Below, one piece after another: positions 50,001 to 63,200 of a stretch of DNA of 64,000 nucleotides. Both the position numbers and the translations under genes were made by a program. Each line of letters opens with the position of its first letter. The stretch's first letter is position 1. This DNA is from Nemertoderma westbladi (Eukaryota > Animalia > Xenacoelomorpha). The DNA lies in the NCBI GenBank assembly GCA_032718475.1, contig JAUCBJ010007063.1, positions 1 to 64,000 on the forward strand, in the 5' to 3' direction. Below the pieces are notes generated by a model. The model saw only the letters and a program-made list of their open reading frames with translations, did not search any database and was not told the origin of the DNA.

Positions 50001-53000
50001 ACGCTCATACCTGGTTCTGTATGAGGGTATAGATCGGTGGAGAGACGCCCATACCTGGTAAAGTATGATGGTATAGATCGGTGGAGAGACGCTCATAGCT
50101 GGTAAAGTATGTGGGTATAGATCGGTGGAGAGACGCTCATAGCTGGTAAAGTATGTGGGTATAGATCGGTGGAGAGACGCTCATACCTGGTTCTGTATGA
50201 TGGTATAGATCGGTGGAGAGACGCTCATACCTGGTAAAGTATGAGGGTATAGATCGGTGGAGAGACGCTCATAGCTGGTAAAGTATGTGGGTATAGATCG
50301 GTGGAGAGACGCTCATAGCTGGTAAAGTATGTGGGTATATATCGGTGGAGAGACGCTCATAGCTGGTAAAGTATGTGGGTATAGATCGGTGGAGAGACGC
50401 TCATACCTGGTTCTGTATGAGGGTATAGATCGGTGGAGAGACACTCATACCTGGTAAAGTATGAGGGTATAGATCGGTGGAGAGACGCTCATACCTGGTT
50501 CTGTATGAGGGTATAGATCGGTGGAGAGAGGCTCATACCTGGTTCTGTATGAGGGTATAGATCGGTGGAGAGACGCCCATACCTGGTTCTGTATGAGGGT
50601 ATAGATCGGTGGAGAGACGCTCATACCTGGTTCTGTATGAGGGTATAGATCGGTGGAGAGACGCTCATACCTGGTTCTGTATGAGGGTATAGATCGGTGG
50701 AGAGACGCTCATACCTGGTAAAGTATTAGGGTATAGATCGGTGGAGAGACGCTCATACCTGGTTCTGTATGAGGGTATAGATCGGTGGAGAGACGCTCAT
50801 ACCTGGTTCTGTATGAGGGTATAGATCGGTGGAGAGACGCTCATACCTGGTTCTGTATGAGGGTATAGATCGGTGGAGAGACACTCATACCTGGTAAAGT
50901 ATGAGGGTATAGATCGGTGGAGAGACACTCATACCTGGTTCTGTATGAGGGTATAGATCGGTGGAGAGACGCTCATACCTGGTTCTGTATGAGGGTATAG
51001 ATCGGTGGAGAGACGCTCATACCTGGTTCTGTATGAGGGTATAGATCGGTGGAGAGACGCTCATACCTGGTTCTGTATGAGGGTATAGATCGGTGGAGAG
51101 ACGCTCATACCTGGTTCTGTATGAGGGTATAGATCGGTGGAGAGACGCTCATACCTGGTAAAGTATTAGGGTATAGATCGGTGGAGAGACGCTCATACCT
51201 GGTTCTGTATGAGGGTATAGATCGGTGGAGAGACGCCCATACCTGGTTCTGTATGAGGGTATAGATCGGTGGAGAGACGCTCATACCTGGTTCTGTATGA
51301 GGGTATAGATCGGTGGAGAGACACTCATACCTGGTAAAGTATGAGGGTATAGATCGGTGGAGAGACACTCATACCTGGTTCTGTATGAGGGTATAGATCG
51401 GTGGAGAGAGGCTCATACCTGGTTCTGTATGAGGGTATAGATCGGTGGAGAGAGGCTCATACCTGGTTCTGTATGAGGGTATAGATCGGTGGAGAGACGC
51501 TCATACCTGGTTCTGTATGAGGGTATAGATCGGTGGAGAGACGCTCATACCTGGTTCTGTATGAGGGTATAGATCGGTGGAGAGACGCTCATACCTGGTT
51601 CTGTATGAGGGTATAGATCGGTGGAGAGACGCTCATACCTGGTAAAGTATGAGGGTATAGATCGGTGGAGAGACGCTCATACCTGGTAAAGTATGAGGGT
51701 ATAGATCGGTGGATAGACGCTCATACTTGGTAAAGTATGAGGGTATAGATCGGTGGAGAGACGCTCATACCTGGTTCTGTATGAGGGTATAGATCGGTGG
51801 AGAGACGCTCATACCTGGTAAAGTATGAGGGTATAGATCGGTGGAGAGACGCTCATACCTGGTTCTGTATGAGGGTATAGATCGGTGGAGAGACGCTCAT
51901 ACCTGGTAAAGTATGAGGGTATAGATCGGTGGAGAGACGCTCATACCTGGTTCTGTATGAGGGTATAGATCGGTGGAGAGAGGCTCATACCTGGTTCTGT
52001 ATGAGGGTATAGATCGGTGGAGAGACGCTCATACCTGGTAAAGTATGAGGGTATAGATCGGTGGAGAGACGCTCATAGCTGGTAAAGTATGAGGGTATAG
52101 ATCGGTGGAGAGATGCTCATAGCTGGTAAAGTATGAGGGTATAGATCGGTGGAGAGACGCTCATACCTGGTTCTGTATGAGGGTATAGATCGGTGGAGAG
52201 AGGCTCATACCTGGTTCTGTATGAGGGTATAGATCGGTGGAGAGACGCTCATACCTGGTAAAGTGTGAGGGTATAGATCGGTGGAGAGACGCTCATAGCT
52301 GGTAAAGTATGTGGGTATAGATCGGTGGAGAGACGCTCATAGCTGGTAAAGTATGTGGGTATAGATCGGTGGAGAGACGCTCATAGCTGGTAAAGTATGT
52401 GGGTATAGATCGGTGGAGAGACGTTCATACCTGGTTCTGTATGAGGGTATAGATCGGTGGAGAGACACTCATACCTGGTAAAGTATGAGGGTATAGATCG
52501 GTGGAGAGACGCTCATAGCTGGTAAAGTATGTGGGTATAGATCGGTGGAGAGACGCTCATAGCTGGTAAAGTATGTGGGTATAGATCGGTGGAGAGACGC
52601 TCATAGCTGGTAAAGTATGTGGGTATAGATCGGTGGAGAGACGCTCATACCTGGTTCTGTATGAGGGTATAGATCGGTGGAGAGACACTCATACCTGGTA
52701 AAGTATGAGGGTATAGATCGGTGGAGAGACGCTCATACCTGGTTCTGTATGAGGGTATAGATCGGTGGAGAGAGGCTCATACCTGGTTCTGTATGAGGGT
52801 ATAGATCGGTGGAGAGAAGCCCATACCTGGTTCTGTATGAGGGTATAGATCGGTGGAGAGACGCTCATACCTGGTTCTGTATGAGGGTATAGATCGGTGG
52901 AGAGACGCTCATACCTGGTTCTGTATGAGGGTATAGATCGGTGGAGAGACGCTCATACCTGGTAAAGTATGAGGGTATAGATCGGTGGAGAGACGCTCAT

Positions 53001-54827
53001 ACCTGGTTCTGTATGAGGGTATAGATCGGTGGAGAGACGCTCATACCTGGTTCTGTATGAGGGTATAGATCGGTGGAGAGACGCTCATGCCTGGTTCTGT
53101 ATGAGGGTATAGATCGGTGGAGAGACGCTCATACCTGGTAAAGTAGGAGGGTATAGATCGGTGGAGAGACGCTCATACCTGGTTCTGTATGAGGGTATAG
53201 ATCGGTGGAGAGACGCTCATACCTGGTAAAGTATGAGGGTATAGATCGGTGGAGAGACGCTCATACCTGGTTCTGTATGAGGGTATAGATCGGTGGAGAG
53301 ACGCTCATACCTGGTAAAGTATGAGGGTATAGATCGGTGGAGAGACGCTCATACCTGGTTCTGTATGAGGGTATAGATCGGTGGAGAGAGGCTCATACCT
53401 GGTTCTGTATGAGGGTATAGATCGGTGGAGAGACGCTCATACCTGGTAAAGTATGAGGGTATAGATCGGTGGAGAGACGCTCATACCTGGTTCTGTATGA
53501 GGGTATAGATCGGTGGAGAGACGCTCATAGCTGGTAAAGTATGAGGGTATAGATCGGTGGTGAGACGCTCATAGCTGGTAAAGTATGAGGGTATAGATCG
53601 GTGGAGAGACGCTCATACCTGGTAAAGTATGAGGGTATAGATCTGTGGAGAGACGCTCATACCTGGTAAAGTATGAGGGTATAGATCGGTGGGGAGACGC
53701 TCATACCTGGTAAAGTATGAGGGTATAGATCGGTGGAGAGACGCTCATACCTGGTAAAGTATGAGGGTATAGATTGGTGGAGAGACGCTCATACCTGGTT
53801 CTGTATGAGGGTATAGATCGGTGGAGAGACGCTCATACCTGGTAAAGTATGTGGGTATAGATCGGTGGAGAGACGCTCATACCTGGTTCTGTATGAGGGT
53901 ATAGATCGGTGGAGAGACACTCATACCTGGTTCTGTATGAGGGTATAGATCGGTGGAGAGACGCTCATACCTGGTAAAGTATGATGGTATAGATCGGTGG
54001 AGAGACGCTCATACCTGGTAAAGTATGAGGGTATAGATTGGTGGAGAGACGCTCATACCTGGTTCTGTATGAGGGTATAGATCGGTGGAGAGACGCTCAT
54101 ACCTGGTAAAGTATGATGGTATAGATCGGTGGAGAGACGCTCATACCTGGTTCTGTATGAGGGTATAGATCGGTGGAGAGACGCTCATACCTGGTAAAGT
54201 ATGTGGGTATAGATCGGTGGAGAGACGCTCATACCTGGTTCTGTATGAGGGTATAGATCGGTGGAGAGACACTCATACCTGGTTCTGTATGATGGTATAG
54301 ATCGGTGGAGAGACGCTCATACCTGGTAAAGTATGTGGGTATAGATCGGTGGAGAGACGCTCATACCTGGTAAAGTATGAGGGTATAGATTGGTGGAGAG
54401 ACGCTCATACCTGGTAAAGTATGAGGGTATAGATCGGTGGAGAGACGCTCATACCTGGTAAAGTATGAGGGTATAGATTGGTGGAGAGACGCTCATACCT
54501 GGTAAAGTATGAGGGTATAGATCGGTGGAGAGACGCTCATACCTGGTAAAGTATGTGGGTATAGATCGGTGGAGAGACGCTCATACCTGGTAAAGTATGA
54601 GGGTATAGATCGGTGGAGAGACGCTCATACCTGGTAAAGTATGTGGGTATAGATCGGTGGAGAGACGCTCATACCTGGTTCTGTATGAGGGTATAGATCG
54701 GTGGAGAGACACTCATACCTGGTTCTGTATGATGGTATAGATCGGTGGAGAGACGCTCATACCTGGTAAAGTATGTGGGTATAGATCGGTGGAGAGACGC
54801 TCATACCTGGTTCTGTATGATGGTATA
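44089..54827 (+). repeat. 44-bp satellite, left arm (~244 units)
   Basis: Unit GTATGAGGGTATAGATCGGTGGAGAGACGCTCATACCTGGT(AAA/TCT). Confidence 0.98.
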
Positions 54828-55159
54828 TGGAGTATCCCGGACATTATCTACCACCATTACTTATTATATTATAATTGGTGTTAATCGGTGTATTGGTGCT
54901 GGGTTGTTATTTTATATGAGATAACCTACGCGTAGCTACTATAACAATCTACGTGTAGCTGCTAGAATACATATATAGGGTACTGACTCTGGTACATTCA
55001 AACTTTGCTGCATTGTGCAGTTGTGCCCTATACAGCCATAACAGTACTGCAGTATACAGCTGCAGTACCGGTATGCTTTACCAATATTACTTTATTACAA
55101 TCTACACACTGGCGTTCTTTTTACTCTTAATATTATTATGTAAAGTTAAGAACGATACA
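54828..55159 (+). repeat. Gypsy 5' LTR
   Basis: TGGAGTATCCCGG...AACGATACA, 332 bp. Confidence 0.97.
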
Positions 55160-55168
55160 TGGCGCAGT
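55160..55168 (+). promoter_or_regulatory. Primer-binding site, probably tRNA-Ser
   Basis: TGGCGCAGT directly after the LTR is complementary to a tRNA 3' end ...ACUGCG-CCA, as in invertebrate tRNA-Ser. Confidence 0.75.
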
Positions 55169-55278
55169 TATATTTCGGTAGCGACGTTCGCTAGCTGGAA
55201 CCTATGATACGGAACTCAACACTGCAACCGGTAGGCCTACACGGATAGGGGTACCGGTACCGGCGGTTGGATTACACA

Positions 55279-58200
55279 ATGGCTACCGTTGGTGGCAAAC
55301 CCAACTTGGACGACACGACCGAGTTGGAGGAGGATGACGTGGCGACGATGGATCGCGCATCCCTCTTGCGGCATTGCGAAAATGTGAATATCCATGCGAA
55401 TCCAAAGGATTCAACTGTTTCCCTGCGGCGTAAGTTACTCCGTTACATCGAGGGAGACAATACAGATACACCTGCGGCACCGACCCAGGGTACAACAGAT
55501 CTCGTACAACTCCTTGAGCGTCTCGAGATACAACGCCGTGCGGATGACGAGGAACGCGAAGAACGCAGATGCGAGGAACGCGAGGAGTTTATCCGCCTCT
55601 TCAACCACAACCCAGCTGCCCCAACACAGGGAACCGGCGGGCGCACACAACACAACGCCCCTATTGTAAAACTCCAGGTCCGCACACCGGATAAACTGGA
55701 GCGGAACATAAAGCTGGCTACATTCCAGCACTGGCGTACCGCCTGGCAGAATTACCAGACGATAACGCGCTTAATGGATAAACCTCGAGAGGAGCAGGTG
55801 GCGACCTTCTTTGCGTACTGTAATACGGAGCTACTAACGGACTTACACCACCTAATGGGAATACCCGCGGATACCGATCTCGATGTTGAGGCAATCTTGG
55901 ACCGGATCCAAGAACATATAAGAGCCCAACACAATATACTGGTGGACCGGTACCAGCTACTTAAAAACCGGCAGTCTGAGCGGCAGACTTTTAACGAATA
56001 TTGGGTTAAACTCCAGGAAGCTTTTGACGACGCCCAGATTAACGAAATGACTCAGGAGGAATGGAAACTTACCCTCCTGGTCTGTGGTTTAACCGACGAG
56101 AAGACCAGAGAGGAAGTGTTTGCGAAGAAGCCGAGACTTGACCTCGCCGGCACTGTAGAATTTTGCCAGGCTAGAGAGGTCGCTGCAAAGGAAACCCAGC
56201 GACTCCAACGCAGCGTACAGGCGGTCTCCCGCGACGAGCAACCGCCACAACGCAACCGTCCCCAGCACCATGCTAAAAGCCGATATCAGCGCTATAAATC
56301 CGGAGGCAGCCAAGATCGCAGACGTTCTGCGACGGCAACCGGCACAAGGCGCGGAAGTTCAGTTACTCGCGAGGACTATAGTCGTGCCAGAGACATGGAG
56401 AAAGAGTCAGGACGATGTATGAAATGTGGAGATAAACTCCCGCATTCCGGCGTATGTAAGGCGGTCGACATCAACTGCAATGCCTGTGGCCGGAAGGGCC
56501 ACCTCGGGCGCTTCTGTCTCGCTAAAACAACGACTAAACCGTCGAAAAATAGCGGGGCTATAAATATCGGACGTCTAATTGCTGACATAGAACAGCACTG
56601 CGAGGACCGGCGGCGGCCACTGATTCCGGTAGACTTCTATCTTCCACCTCGCAGCACAGGAGGAACCAGATATTATCTGACCAACCTCGCGTGCGTGGCG
56701 GATACCGGTGCGCAGGTCACCCTCGCGAGCACCGAAATCCAGGAGGAATGGGACTTTCCAACTGGAGCAGTTTACCGTGACCCGGATTACCAACTCACAG
56801 GCGCAAACGGTGATATAATTCAATGTGACGGCTGCATCGACCTGCAGTTGGTTACAGGAGGCCGCACCTACACGGAGTGTATATACCTCTGTCCGGATCT
56901 CAAATACAACACGATTTTCCTTTCCCTCAATGCCTGTATCGGACTCAACATTGTCCACCCCGATTTCCCCATACCACTACATCAAGTAGCCTCTATCGAC
57001 GGAGAGGCGCGCCTTAGGGTTAGTCGCGAGATCAACACTCTACAGGACGATAACATAGAGGACGTCGCGACCTCACACCAAACTAGTGCAGTGGAAACAT
57101 ATCACAGCCGGGAGAAAGAATCAATAATACAGGAATATCATGACGTTTTCGATTGCAAGGGGCCCCTTAAAATTATGGTAGGCCCCCCCATGAAAATCGA
57201 ACTCAAAGATGGAGCAACACCATTCTGCCTAAATGCGCCACGTGCCATTCCCATCCCGTATCGTGAGAAAGCAAAACTGGAGATTGAGGAAATGCTAAAA
57301 AAGGGGATAATCGAGCGTATCGGGGATAGACCCGTGGCGTGGAGCCACCCTATTGTGGTTTGCGGTAAACCAGGGCGCCCAGGGGATATCCGAATGACAG
57401 TAGACCTGACCAAGCTAAACAGTCAGGTCAAGCGGACCATCCACACCGCACCGCCACCCCACAATCTTGTATTTGACAGATCCCCTGGAGCGAAAATTTT
57501 CAGTGTCCTAGATGCAAAATCAGGATACTGGCAGGTCGCACTTGATGAAGAGTCGCGCGATTTTACGACTTTCATTACGCCTTGGGGCCGATACCGCTAT
57601 TGCCGGGCTCCCATGGGCTTCATCAGCTCCGGCGATAGCTACAACTACCGTGGAGATCTCGCACTCAACGGGCTGGACCGAGTTAAAAAGATAGTCGATG
57701 ATGTTCTCGTGGAGGATACCGACATCGACACCCACCGCACACACATCCGGGAGGTTCTAAACCGTTGTCGTGACAACGGTATCACCTTAAATCCAAATAA
57801 ATTCCAGTATGCCCAATCGAGCGTTCGCTTCGCCGGATACATACTCAGTGGCGAGGGAGTAGCAGCAGACCCAAATAAAGTCCGCGCTATCGGGGAATAC
57901 CCCACGCCGCAGAATATCACCGACCTTAGAAGCTTCATGGGGTTGGTGAACCAGTTGGGTTATTTTTCGAGTGGAATCTCAACCACTGCATCTCCCCTGC
58001 GCGACCTACTACGAGCTCGCAACACTTTTATATGGACTCCAAACCATGAGGATGCCTTCAATGCGACCAAGGCGGCGCTCGTGAGTCCTCCAATTCTAGC
58101 ACCGTTCGACGCCAGCCTTACAACGCGTCTTGAAACGGATGCGAGTCGCCTCCATGGGCTGGGATACGACTTACTCCAGCAACACGGCGAGGATTGGAGA

Positions 58201-59931
58201 CTTGTGGCTTGCGGAAGCCGTTTCCTCACGGACCCGGAGAGCCGTTACGCCACCATTGAATTGGAATGTATCGCAATTAAATATGCGATAACAAAGTGTC
58301 GCATTTACTTGGCCGGTCTGCCGACATTTTCCGTGGTCACGGACCACCGGCCACTATTAGCGATTTTTAACTCTTATAACCTGGACCAGGTTGAAAATAA
58401 AAAAATACAGAAACTGAAAGCAGACTTACAGTCAACCTACCAGTTCACCCTTGCCTGGCAGAAGGGCAAGCGCCACCGGATTGCTGACGCACTCAGCCGG
58501 GCACCCCTTGATCCCGCACCGGGTGACCCAGACGAAGAGACGCCTTTACTCATAGCGGCGATTTCGGAGACACTCTGTTTCGAAGAACAGGACTGTCCCA
58601 CGGCGGCCAAAGATATACACGCCAATCCACCCGCGCCGGACTCGCGCGATGAACTCATCGAGGAGTTGCGACTCGCCGCGCGAATAGACCCGGACTACAA
58701 AAAACTCGTGGAGTGTGTGAGAGCAGGAGACCTCACCACCCTTACGTCGATATCCGCGCTAACCCCGTACCGATCCATCATCGACCAGTTATCCATTTAT
58801 TTCGACTTGGTTTTATACGGTGACAGGCTGGTCGTACCAGCCGCCTGCCGCGATGACACCCTTCGTCGCCTACACGCACCCCACTTGGGCGTCACTCGGA
58901 CTAAACAACGGGCGCGCAGCACAGTATACTGGCCGGGTATTAACGGCGACATCGAGCGAGTTGTTGAACAGTGCGATGCGTGCCAGGGTCTACTCCCCAG
59001 TCTACCTAAAGAGACCCTGATGGCAGACCCCATCCCTACGCGTCCATTCGAATCCGCATCCTCAGATTTATTTACCCTAGCAGGTAAACATTTCCTCGTA
59101 TACGCGGACAGGTTATCCGGTTACCCACTAGTAACCGAATGGCGTAACGATCCGTCGGCACAGCAGTGTGTTAACGCACTACGGCAATATTTCGTGGACC
59201 TTGGAGTCCCAAACATCTTACGCACGGATGGTGGCCCACAATACGCCGCCGAGGTATCCCAGAAATTCCTTAAAGAATGGGGTGTACGCTGGGAGCCAAG
59301 CACCCCACATTTCCCAAGCAGTAATGGCCATGCGGAGGCCAGTGTAAAACAAATAAAAATGCTGCTGAGAAAGGTGCGGATCCCAGACGTGCGCTCCGAG
59401 GAGTTTCAGCGAGGGCTACTCGAGCTCCGGAACACGCCTCGTTCTAACGGGCGATCCCCAAACGAGACCGTTTTCGGACGTCGCTTGCGGGCTACACTCC
59501 CCGCTCACCACTCCCACTACAAACAGCAGTGGCAGTCAGCAGCAGATGCTGCAGACCAACGCGCAGCGACCCAGCGTAGCACCGCCATAGCGCGTTACAA
59601 CCACACCGCACATGATCTCCCACCTATCAAAGTTGGGGAGGCTGTACGAGTACAAGACTCCAAATCAAAGCAATGGACCCATATAGGCGTCGTTGTTGAG
59701 ACTGGCCGACGACGTGATTACAGAGTGAAGCTAGAATCGGGCCGAACCTGGTGGCGAAACCGCCGTTTCCTACGCCACCACCATTCCCAACCGCCAGGAG
59801 GCGCTCCCGAACCGCCTGCGGCGACGAAACCTAAGGTCGAACCTAAACCGGCTACCCGCGCTGCTTACCCCATGCGTCCGAGCACACTAGCCCAGCGCAG
59901 GGTGCACTGGGACCTTCCCGATCGAAACTGA
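55279..59931 (+). CDS. gag-pol: Gypsy Gag-Pol polyprotein (single ORF)
   Basis: First ATG at 55279. Knuckles CMKCGDKLPHSGVC and CNACGRKGHLGRFC; protease ADTGAQ; RT LDAKSGYWQV and IVDD; RNase H ETDAS and YATIELE; integrase HAPHLG..CDAC, SDLF, TDGGPQY, SNGHAE. The RT-RH-IN order is Gypsy. Confidence 0.96.
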   Translation: MATVGGKPNLDDTTELEEDDVATMDRASLLRHCENVNIHANPKDSTVSLRRKLLRYIEGDNTDTPAAPTQGTTDLVQLLERLEIQRRADDEEREERRCEEREEFIRLFNHNPAAPTQGTGGRTQHNAPIVKLQVRTPDKLERNIKLATFQHWRTAWQNYQTITRLMDKPREEQVATFFAYCNTELLTDLHHLMGIPADTDLDVEAILDRIQEHIRAQHNILVDRYQLLKNRQSERQTFNEYWVKLQEAFDDAQINEMTQEEWKLTLLVCGLTDEKTREEVFAKKPRLDLAGTVEFCQAREVAAKETQRLQRSVQAVSRDEQPPQRNRPQHHAKSRYQRYKSGGSQDRRRSATATGTRRGSSVTREDYSRARDMEKESGRCMKCGDKLPHSGVCKAVDINCNACGRKGHLGRFCLAKTTTKPSKNSGAINIGRLIADIEQHCEDRRRPLIPVDFYLPPRSTGGTRYYLTNLACVADTGAQVTLASTEIQEEWDFPTGAVYRDPDYQLTGANGDIIQCDGCIDLQLVTGGRTYTECIYLCPDLKYNTIFLSLNACIGLNIVHPDFPIPLHQVASIDGEARLRVSREINTLQDDNIEDVATSHQTSAVETYHSREKESIIQEYHDVFDCKGPLKIMVGPPMKIELKDGATPFCLNAPRAIPIPYREKAKLEIEEMLKKGIIERIGDRPVAWSHPIVVCGKPGRPGDIRMTVDLTKLNSQVKRTIHTAPPPHNLVFDRSPGAKIFSVLDAKSGYWQVALDEESRDFTTFITPWGRYRYCRAPMGFISSGDSYNYRGDLALNGLDRVKKIVDDVLVEDTDIDTHRTHIREVLNRCRDNGITLNPNKFQYAQSSVRFAGYILSGEGVAADPNKVRAIGEYPTPQNITDLRSFMGLVNQLGYFSSGISTTASPLRDLLRARNTFIWTPNHEDAFNATKAALVSPPILAPFDASLTTRLETDASRLHGLGYDLLQQHGEDWRLVACGSRFLTDPESRYATIELECIAIKYAITKCRIYLAGLPTFSVVTDHRPLLAIFNSYNLDQVENKKIQKLKADLQSTYQFTLAWQKGKRHRIADALSRAPLDPAPGDPDEETPLLIAAISETLCFEEQDCPTAAKDIHANPPAPDSRDELIEELRLAARIDPDYKKLVECVRAGDLTTLTSISALTPYRSIIDQLSIYFDLVLYGDRLVVPAACRDDTLRRLHAPHLGVTRTKQRARSTVYWPGINGDIERVVEQCDACQGLLPSLPKETLMADPIPTRPFESASSDLFTLAGKHFLVYADRLSGYPLVTEWRNDPSAQQCVNALRQYFVDLGVPNILRTDGGPQYAAEVSQKFLKEWGVRWEPSTPHFPSSNGHAEASVKQIKMLLRKVRIPDVRSEEFQRGLLELRNTPRSNGRSPNETVFGRRLRATLPAHHSHYKQQWQSAADAADQRAATQRSTAIARYNHTAHDLPPIKVGEAVRVQDSKSKQWTHIGVVVETGRRRDYRVKLESGRTWWRNRRFLRHHHSQPPGGAPEPPAATKPKVEPKPATRAAYPMRPSTLAQRRVHWDLPDRN

Positions 59932-59947
59932 AAGTAATTTCGATCGC

Positions 59948-59961
59948 AGAGGAAAGGGGGA
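59948..59961 (+). promoter_or_regulatory. Gypsy polypurine tract
   Basis: AGAGGAAAGGGGGA abuts the 3' LTR. Confidence 0.9.
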
Positions 59962-60293
59962 TGGAGTATCCCGGACATTATCTACCACCATTACTTATTA
60001 TATTATAATTGGTGTTAATCGGTGTATTGGTGCTGGGTTGTTATTTTATATGAGATAACCTACGCGTAGCTACTATAACAATCTACGTGTAGCTGCTAGA
60101 ATACATATATAGGGTACTGACTCTGGTACATTCAAACTTTGCTGCATTGTGCAGTTGTGCCCTATACAGCCATAACAGTACTGCAGTATACAGCTGCAGT
60201 ACCGGTATGCTTTACCAATATTACTTTATTACAATCTACACACTGGCGTTCTTTTTACTCTTAATATTATTATGTAAAGTTAAGAACGATACA
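59962..60293 (+). repeat. Gypsy 3' LTR
   Basis: Copy of 54828-55159. Confidence 0.97.
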
Positions 60294-63200
60294 GTATAGA
60301 TCGGTGGAGAGACGCTCATACCTGGTAAAGTATGTGGGTATAGATCGGTGGAGAGACGCTCATACCTGGTTCTGTATGAGGGTATAGATCGGTGGAGAGA
60401 CGCTCATACCTGGTAAAGTATGTGGGTATAGATCGGTGGAGAGACGCTCATACCTGGTTCTGTATGAGGGTATAGATCGGTGGAGAGACACTCATACCTG
60501 GTTCTGTATGATGGTATAGATCGGTGGAGAGACGCTCATACCTGGTAAAGTATGTGGGTATAGATCGGTGGAGAGACGCTCATACCTGGTTCTGTATGAG
60601 GGTATAGATCGGTGGAGAGACACTCATACCTGGTTCTGTATGATGGTATAGATCGGTGGAGAGACGTTCATACCTGGTAAAGTATGAGGGTATAGATCGG
60701 CGGAGAGACGCTCATACCTGGTTCTGTATGAGGGTATAGATCGGTGGAGAGACGCTCATACCTGGTAAAGTATGTGGGTATAGATCGGTGGAGAGACGCT
60801 CATACCTGGTTCTGTATGAGGGTATAGATCGGTGGAGAGACACTCATACCTGGTTCTGTATGATGGTATAGATCGGTGGAGAGACGCTCATACCTGGTAA
60901 AGTATGTGGGTATAGATTGGTGGAGAGACGCTCATACCTGGTTCTGTATGAGGGTATAGATCGGTGGAGAGACGCTCATACCTGGTAAAGTATGAGGGTA
61001 TAGATCGGTGGAGAGACGCTCATACCTGGTTCTGTATGAGGGTATAGATCGGTGGAGAGACGCTCATACCTGGTTCTGTATGAGGGTATAGATCGGTGGA
61101 GAGACACTCATACCTGGTTCTGTATGAGGGTATAGATCGGTGGAGAGACGCTCATACCTGGTAAAGTATGAGGGTATAGATCGGTGGAGAGACGCTCATA
61201 CTTGGTAAAGTATGATGGTATAGATCGGTGGAGAGACGCTCATACCTGGTAAAGTATGTGGGTATAGATCGGTGGAGAGACGCTCATACCTGGTTCTGTA
61301 TGAGGGTATAGATCGGTGGAGAGACACTCATACCTGGTTCTGTATGATGGTATAGATTGGTGGAGAGACGCTCATACCTGGTTCTGTATGAGGGTATAGA
61401 TCGGTGGAGAGACGCTCATACTTGGTAAAGTATGATGGTATAGATCGGTGGAGAGACGCTCATAGCTGGTAAAGTATGAGGGTATAGATCGGTGGAGAGA
61501 CGCTCATACCTGGTTCTGTATGAGGGTATAGATCGGTGGAGAGACGCTCATACCTGGTAAAGTATGAGGGTATAGATCGGTGGAGAGACGCTCATAGCTG
61601 GTAAAGTATGTGGGTATAGATCGGTGGAGAGACGCTCATACCTGGTTCTGTATGAGGGTATAGATCGGTGGAGAGACGCCCATACCTGGTAAAGTATGAT
61701 GGTATAGATCGGTGGAGAGACGCTCATAGCTGGTAAAGTATGTGGGTATAGATCGGTGGAGAGACGCTCATACCTGGTTCTGTATGATGGTATAGATTGG
61801 TGGAGAGACGCTCATACCTGGTTCTGTATGAGGGTATAGATCGGTGGAGAGACGCTCATACTTGGTAAAGTATGATGGTATAGATCGGTGGAGAGACGCT
61901 CATAGCTGGTAAAGTATGTGGGTATAGATCGGTGGAGAGACGCTCATACCTGCTTCTGTATGATGGTATAGATCGGTGGAGAGATGCTCATACCTGGTAA
62001 AGTATGAGGGTATAGATCGGTGGAGAGACGCTCATAGCTGGTTCTGTATGAGGGTATAGATCGGTGGAGAGACACTCATACCTGGTTCTGTATGATGGTA
62101 TAGATCGGTGGAGAGACGCTCATACCTGGTAAAGTATGAGGGTATAGATCGGTGGAGAGACGCTCATAGCTGGTAAAGTATGAGGGTATAGATCGGTGGA
62201 GAGACACTCATACCTGGTTCTGTATGAGGGTATAGATTGGTGGAGAGACGCTCATACCTGGTAAAGTATGAGGGTATAGATTGGTGGAGAGACGCTCATA
62301 GCTGGTAAAGTATGAGGGTATAGATCGGTGGAGAGACACTCATAGCTGGTTCTGTATGAGGGTATAGATCGGTGGAGAGACACTCATACCTGGTTCTGTA
62401 TGAGGGTATAGATTGGTGGAGAGACGCTCATACCTGGTTCTGTATGAGGGTATAGATCGGTGGAGAGACGCTCATAGCTGGTAAAGTATGTGGGTATAGA
62501 TCGGTGGAGAGACGCTCATACCTGGTTCTGTATGAGGGTATAGATCGGTGGAGAGACACTCATACCTGGTTCTGTATGATGGTATAGATCGGTGGAGAGA
62601 CGTTCATACCTGGTAAAGTATGAGGGTATAGATCGGCGGAGAGACGCCCATACCTGGTTCTGTATGAGGGTATAGATCGGTGGAGAGACGCTCATACCTG
62701 GTAAAGTATGTGGGTATAGATCGGTGGAGAGACGCTCATACCTGGTTCTGTATGAGGGTATAGATCGGTGGAGAGACACTCATACCTGGTTCTGTATGAT
62801 GGTATAGATCGGTGGAGAGACGCTCATACCTGGTAAAGTATGAGGGTATAGATTGGTGGAGAGACGCTCATACCTGGTTCTGTATGAGGGTATAGATCGG
62901 TGGAGAGACGCTCATACCTGGTAAAGTATGAGGGTATAGATCGGTGGAGAGACGCTCATACCTGGTAAAGTATGAGGGTATAGATCGGTGGAGAGACGCT
63001 CTTACTTGGTAAAGTATGATGGTATAGATCGGTGGAGAGACGCTCATACCTGGTAAAGTATGTGGGTATAGATCGGTGGAGAGACGCTCATACCTGGTTC
63101 TGTATGAGGGTATAGATCGGTGGAGAGACACTCATACCTGGTTCTGTATGATGGTATAGATTGGTGGAGAGACGCTCATACCTGGTTCTGTATGAGGGTA

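Larger units (their letters stand above)
54828..60293 (+). mobile_element. Intact Ty3/Gypsy LTR retrotransposon (Mag-like), 5466 bp
   Basis: 332-bp TG...CA LTRs that look identical by eye; TSD GTATA (54823-54827, 60294-60298); PBS, PPT and one uninterrupted gag-pol ORF. Confidence 0.97.

Noticed and set aside
57688-57705. RT active site IVDD instead of YxDD as a sign of inactivation
   Set aside because: Aliphatic substitutions at this position occur in Mag-type Gypsy elements. The intact ORF and identical LTRs indicate recent activity.
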